Shown here: positions 16,685 through 19,675 of the stretch, piece by piece | Numbering within the stretch: the first letter of the stretch is position 1 | How the letters are laid out: the number at the start of each line of letters is the position of its first letter | Source of the DNA: Leptospirales bacterium | GTDB taxonomy: Bacteria; Spirochaetota; Leptospiria; Turneriellales; JAOUFE01 | DNA length: 19,675 nt | Assembly: GCA_040326155.1 (NCBI GenBank) | Contig: JBEQLE010000074.1 | Location: 1-19,675, forward strand | Direction: 5' to 3' | Notes under the pieces: model-generated | The model's database searches: none | What the model saw: the letters and a program-made list of their open reading frames with translations, nothing else | Told to the model about the DNA's origin: nothing | Translations under genes and position numbers: made by a program

Positions 16685-17749
16685 ATGTCTACAAATATTT
16701 TAAAAATATGTCAATCGGCCGAAAATGGGCTTCGAATAACTCCAAAAGAGGCGTTGGCCTTATGGAAGGAAGGGGATATTTATACTCTTGGGAAAACAGC
16801 GAACGTAATCAGGGAAAAAAAAGCCACTCCAGGAGTCGTTAGTTATACGGTTTTTCGTATTATTAATTATACTGATATTTGTAGTATAGATTGTAGTTTC
16901 TGCTCTTTTAAACACAAGGCTTCTGAAATAGGCGGTTACGTTCTTTCAGAAGCTGAAATTCTCGAAAAGGTCGGCGAAAGTTACAAGCAAGACTGCCTTC
17001 AGGTTTTTTTCCAGGGAGGGGTAAATCCTTCTATTCCAATGGAGTATTACACCGGAATTTTATCAAAAATTCATGAAAAGTTTCCGGGGGTTCATATTCG
17101 GGCATTTTCACCGATTGAAGTTTTGGTCATGGCAAAAACATTCCACAAAAGTGTTGATGCGGTTTTAGATGAATTGATCGAGGCGGGTTTACAGAGTTTT
17201 CCGGGCGCCGGGGCCGAAATACTCACAGACCGAATGCGTCATATATTGAGCGATAAAAAAGCCTCTCCGGCTGAATGGTTTGAAACTATGAAAGTTGCCC
17301 TTTCGAAAGGGCTAAAGGGTTCGACAAATATTGTCTGGGGCTCGGCAGAAACACCGGAAGAAATTATCGAACACCTCTCCATGATTCGAAGACTACAAGA
17401 CGAGACCGGTAATGTAGTCTCTTTTGTACCGTGGACTTTTCAACAACAGACAAAAGATTTTCCCATTCGCCATGTCAATAACATGGAGTACCTGAAAATG
17501 GTCGCTCTGGCAAGAATTTTCTTCGACAATATTCCCAATATTGAAACATCCCTTATGGTAAAAGGTAAAGAAGCCGGCGAAATGGCCCTGCACTTTGGTG
17601 CAAACGATATTAACTCACCGGTCATCGAAGAGAAAGTGTTAAGATCTTATGGTTTAAAGTCGGCCGCCGAAGCCGAGTCTTTTATACAACAATCCGGTTT
17701 TTCCCCTTTGCGAAGAAATTTGAACTACGAACCAGGGAAGAAATCGTAA
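16685..17749 (+). CDS. mqnC: CofH/MqnC-family radical SAM protein, probable cyclic dehypoxanthine futalosine synthase
   Basis: INYTDICSIDCSFC (CxxxCxxC), QGGVNP, AFSPIE, PGAGAEIL, IRRLQDETG, FVPWTFQ (MqnC-like) and ALHFGAND. Some segments diverge, so the exact paralog (MqnC, MqnE or CofH) is less certain than the family. Confidence 0.72.
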   Translation: MSTNILKICQSAENGLRITPKEALALWKEGDIYTLGKTANVIREKKATPGVVSYTVFRIINYTDICSIDCSFCSFKHKASEIGGYVLSEAEILEKVGESYKQDCLQVFFQGGVNPSIPMEYYTGILSKIHEKFPGVHIRAFSPIEVLVMAKTFHKSVDAVLDELIEAGLQSFPGAGAEILTDRMRHILSDKKASPAEWFETMKVALSKGLKGSTNIVWGSAETPEEIIEHLSMIRRLQDETGNVVSFVPWTFQQQTKDFPIRHVNNMEYLKMVALARIFFDNIPNIETSLMVKGKEAGEMALHFGANDINSPVIEEKVLRSYGLKSAAEAESFIQQSGFSPLRRNLNYEPGKKS

Positions 17750-17799
17750 TTGATACTCAAGCTCGCACATCGTACACTATCAGGACAAAAATATATTTG

Positions 17800-17828
17800 T
17801 TGGCAAGTGACAGCATATATGCTATCTT
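17800..17828 (+). promoter_or_regulatory. Toxin-antitoxin promoter (TTGGCA-N17-TATCTT) with overlapping operator palindrome GACAGCATATATGCTATC (17809-17826)
   Basis: A perfect 12-bp palindromic core, AGCATATATGCT (17812-17823), sits in the spacer/-10 region, as expected for autorepression by a ribbon-helix-helix antitoxin. Confidence 0.6.
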
Positions 17829-18275
17829 ATGTTAGTGACAATTGTTATGGGCACAAATATATTATACCAGGCATTAAGAAGTAATTCAGGTGCTTCATTT
17901 TTTATTTTAAAGTTAATAAGAAGTCGTAAAATCAGATTAGCTTTATCAATACCTGTATTTACGGAATATCAAGATGTATTATCAAGAAAAACATCACTGA
18001 AAGGTTTCGCATTTAAGATAGAAGATGTTAATAAAATATTGATATTTATATCTTACATTTCAGTGCCATATAATATTTCTTTTATTTCTCGTCCTAATCT
18101 GCGTGATGAAGAAGATAATAAATTTGTAGAGCTAGCTCTTGTGGCTAATGCTCGATATCTCATAAGCAGCAATATCAAAGATTTTCACCATGATAAGAAT
18201 CTAAGTTTTCCAGATTTACAAATTATTACTCCTGGTGATTTTGTAAAAAAGTGGAGGGAAGAAAATGAAAAATAA
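17829..18275 (+). CDS. PIN-domain toxin (PIN_3/VapC-like putative TA toxin); first catalytic Asp replaced by Gly
   Basis: IVMGTNIL (canonical xVxDTNV), GASF, SIPVFTEY, RPNLRDEEDNKFVELAL and SSNIKDF. An alternative start is GTG 17835. Confidence 0.85.
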   Translation: MLVTIVMGTNILYQALRSNSGASFFILKLIRSRKIRLALSIPVFTEYQDVLSRKTSLKGFAFKIEDVNKILIFISYISVPYNISFISRPNLRDEEDNKFVELALVANARYLISSNIKDFHHDKNLSFPDLQIITPGDFVKKWREENEK

Positions 18276-18552
18276 AGCATCTGTTTTAACAATTAGAGTG
18301 CCTTCTGAGTTGAAACATAAAATCGAAAGAGTAGCTGACGAACAAGGTGTTTCCATTAACCAACTGGCATTATATGCTTTCACGAAAGAAATTCAGGAGA
18401 TCGAAACATCGGAATATTTTTCTCAGTATAGAGGTGCTACCCCAAAAACCAAAGTATTCGGTGATTTTGACTCTGTTATGAATAAAGTAAAATCGAAAGA
18501 AGTACCTGAATGGGATAAAATGGCAACAGAAAAAAGTCACTCGAAGGCATGA
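18265..18552 (+). CDS. HicB-like ribbon-helix-helix antitoxin
   Basis: LTIRVPSELKHKIERVADEQGVSINQL is a ribbon-helix-helix signature. SD GGAGG lies inside the toxin 3' end, and the gene overlaps the toxin by 11 bp. Confidence 0.85.
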   Translation: MKNKASVLTIRVPSELKHKIERVADEQGVSINQLALYAFTKEIQEIETSEYFSQYRGATPKTKVFGDFDSVMNKVKSKEVPEWDKMATEKSHSKA

Positions 18553-18605
18553 ACTGCATAAAAAGATAATTTATATGTTAACCTTACAGGCAAAACATAT
18601 TTAGT

Positions 18606-18664
18606 CAGGAGGGGGAAAATTGTTCCTTCTTTATCGCAGGTAAATATCTGCTCCCCCTGCCTCC
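18606..18664. terminator. GC-rich nested stem-loop between convergent genes, possible terminator
   Basis: AGGGGGA (18610-18616) pairs with TCCCCCT (18652-18658), enclosing an inner hairpin GCAGGTA/TATCTGC. There is no clear poly-U tail. Confidence 0.3.
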
Positions 18665-18674
18665 ATAATTAAAA

Positions 18675-18971
18675 TTATTCCGGCACCCCCTTTGAATCTA
18701 TCGTTTTAATATCTATAGTTTTCTGTAATTTCCTTTGCACATTTTGTGTAAATGGATGTCTAGCTCCTAAAACATTTTTAAAAATTTTCAATGCCTTCTC
18801 GTAATAATCAATAGCCTTATCGTACTGAGCTAATTCGGTGTACAACATGCCTAAGTTGTTCAAATACAAAGTATTGCTGGCATCATATTCGGTAGCCTCA
18901 AGCAATAGTTTTTCAGCCAGGGTAAATTCATAACGGCTTTTATACTCCTTCGCTTCCAAATAGGCCGACAT
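18675..18971 (-). CDS. Small tetratricopeptide-repeat protein (kinesin-light-chain-like TPR), possibly a truncated remnant
   Basis: YLNNLGMLYTELAQYDKAIDYYEKALKIFKNVLGARHP is a typical TPR unit. SD-like GAGGT lies 4 nt upstream. Confidence 0.7.
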   Translation of the reverse strand: MSAYLEAKEYKSRYEFTLAEKLLLEATEYDASNTLYLNNLGMLYTELAQYDKAIDYYEKALKIFKNVLGARHPFTQNVQRKLQKTIDIKTIDSKGVPE

Positions 18972-19082
18972 TGCGACCTCTTTTTTGAGTTTATGGGCCC
19001 AATCGCATTGAGTTCAAAACATCCAAACATAAAACAGGGAATTATCATTGACTAATTCTACGAGTGGTTTAAACTTGTTATT

Positions 19083-19675
19083 ATGTTGAGAAACATTTAC
19101 AAAAGTCTGGTATTATTCATAATTTTTTTAATTGCCGGTGTTTTTCATTCCCAAACGCAGGCGCGGTCACTCAATACAATGACAGGAATATTCTGTTCTA
19201 ATTTTATAATGTCTGAAAAGATCAAAGATTCTGATAAACTGATAAACTGATAAAGGAAATTGCGAAGATATTAAAAAAAAAGGACAAACAAGGTTATAAA
19301 GCCGTTAAGTTTGTTTCCGATTTTGCACAAAAACATTGCCATAAAAAAGCCGATTTTTATCTTCGTTACATAAACGATGATTTCTATAAAAATTTAGACA
19401 ACACTTTGCCTACTATTGTACACGAGACGTATCATGCCTACACCGACATCTATGGGTTAATACACCACGGGAAAGTCATTAAAGCGCCGGAAGGTGTGGT
19501 TGACTCTGGTGATAAAGTCTGGATACGAAGCCCATTTAAAGGCTACGCTTTTTACTTTTTGGATTCCGGTCATCATGTTGTTGAAATTACGCCAACGTAC
19601 CCCGCTAAAGAGTTGAGTTCGCAGATTACCGGAGAACTTCGAACAATGCGCTTCGAACCATATATTGGCACTTCG
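19083..19675 (+). pseudogene. Secreted HExxH (putative zinc metalloprotease) gene, frameshifted by an 8-bp repeat expansion; 3' end outside the window
   Basis: ATG 19083 encodes a signal peptide (MLRNIYKSLVLFIIFLIAGVFHSQTQA|RS) and stops at TGA 19248-19250. A second frame is open from 19238 to the window end and contains TIVHETYHAY. Removing one CTGATAAA unit fuses the two frames. Confidence 0.8.
19231..19254 (+). repeat. Tandem repeat (CTGATAAA)x3
   Basis: Three perfect 8-bp units at 19231, 19239 and 19247. Confidence 0.95.

Noticed and set aside
706..17625. Numerous short alternative-frame or antisense ORFs (for example 706-969, 1535-1813, 3163-3462, 5676-5984, 8576-9052, 14808-15041, 17393-17593)
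   Set aside because: They overlap well-supported genes, have no recognisable motifs and look like shadow ORFs.
18860..19048. 62-aa minus-strand ORF as a frameshifted N-terminus of the TPR gene
   Set aside because: It has no TPR-like or other recognisable sequence, and the TPR ORF has its own SD-like GAGGT. A fusion cannot be supported without homologs.

Overview
AT-rich bacterial chromosomal segment. A diderm host is likely, possibly Spirochaetota/Leptospirales-like; this is inferred only from a spirochaete-style lipobox, an outer-membrane beta-barrel gene and the futalosine-pathway gene. Housekeeping genes: hemW (5'-truncated), trxB, xth, ppa and an mqnC-like radical SAM gene. Accessory or poorly characterised genes: a DUF1848 Fe-S protein translationally coupled to a gluzincin/beta-propeller/Omp85-like outer-membrane protein; a stand-alone SF2 helicase with two C-terminal transmembrane helices; a lipoprotein with nine GxDxxWx(T/S/N)xDD repeats; a divergent polysaccharide deacetylase that lacks its catalytic motifs; a PIN/HicB-like toxin-antitoxin pair whose toxin carries Gly at the first catalytic Asp; and a small TPR gene. 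At the right edge, a secreted HExxH-protein gene missed by the ORF track is frameshifted by a third copy of an 8-bp tandem repeat, (CTGATAAA)3. Several genes lack a Shine-Dalgarno sequence and have sigma70-like promoters placed for leaderless transcripts. No rRNA, tRNA, CRISPR array or intact mobile element was recognised.
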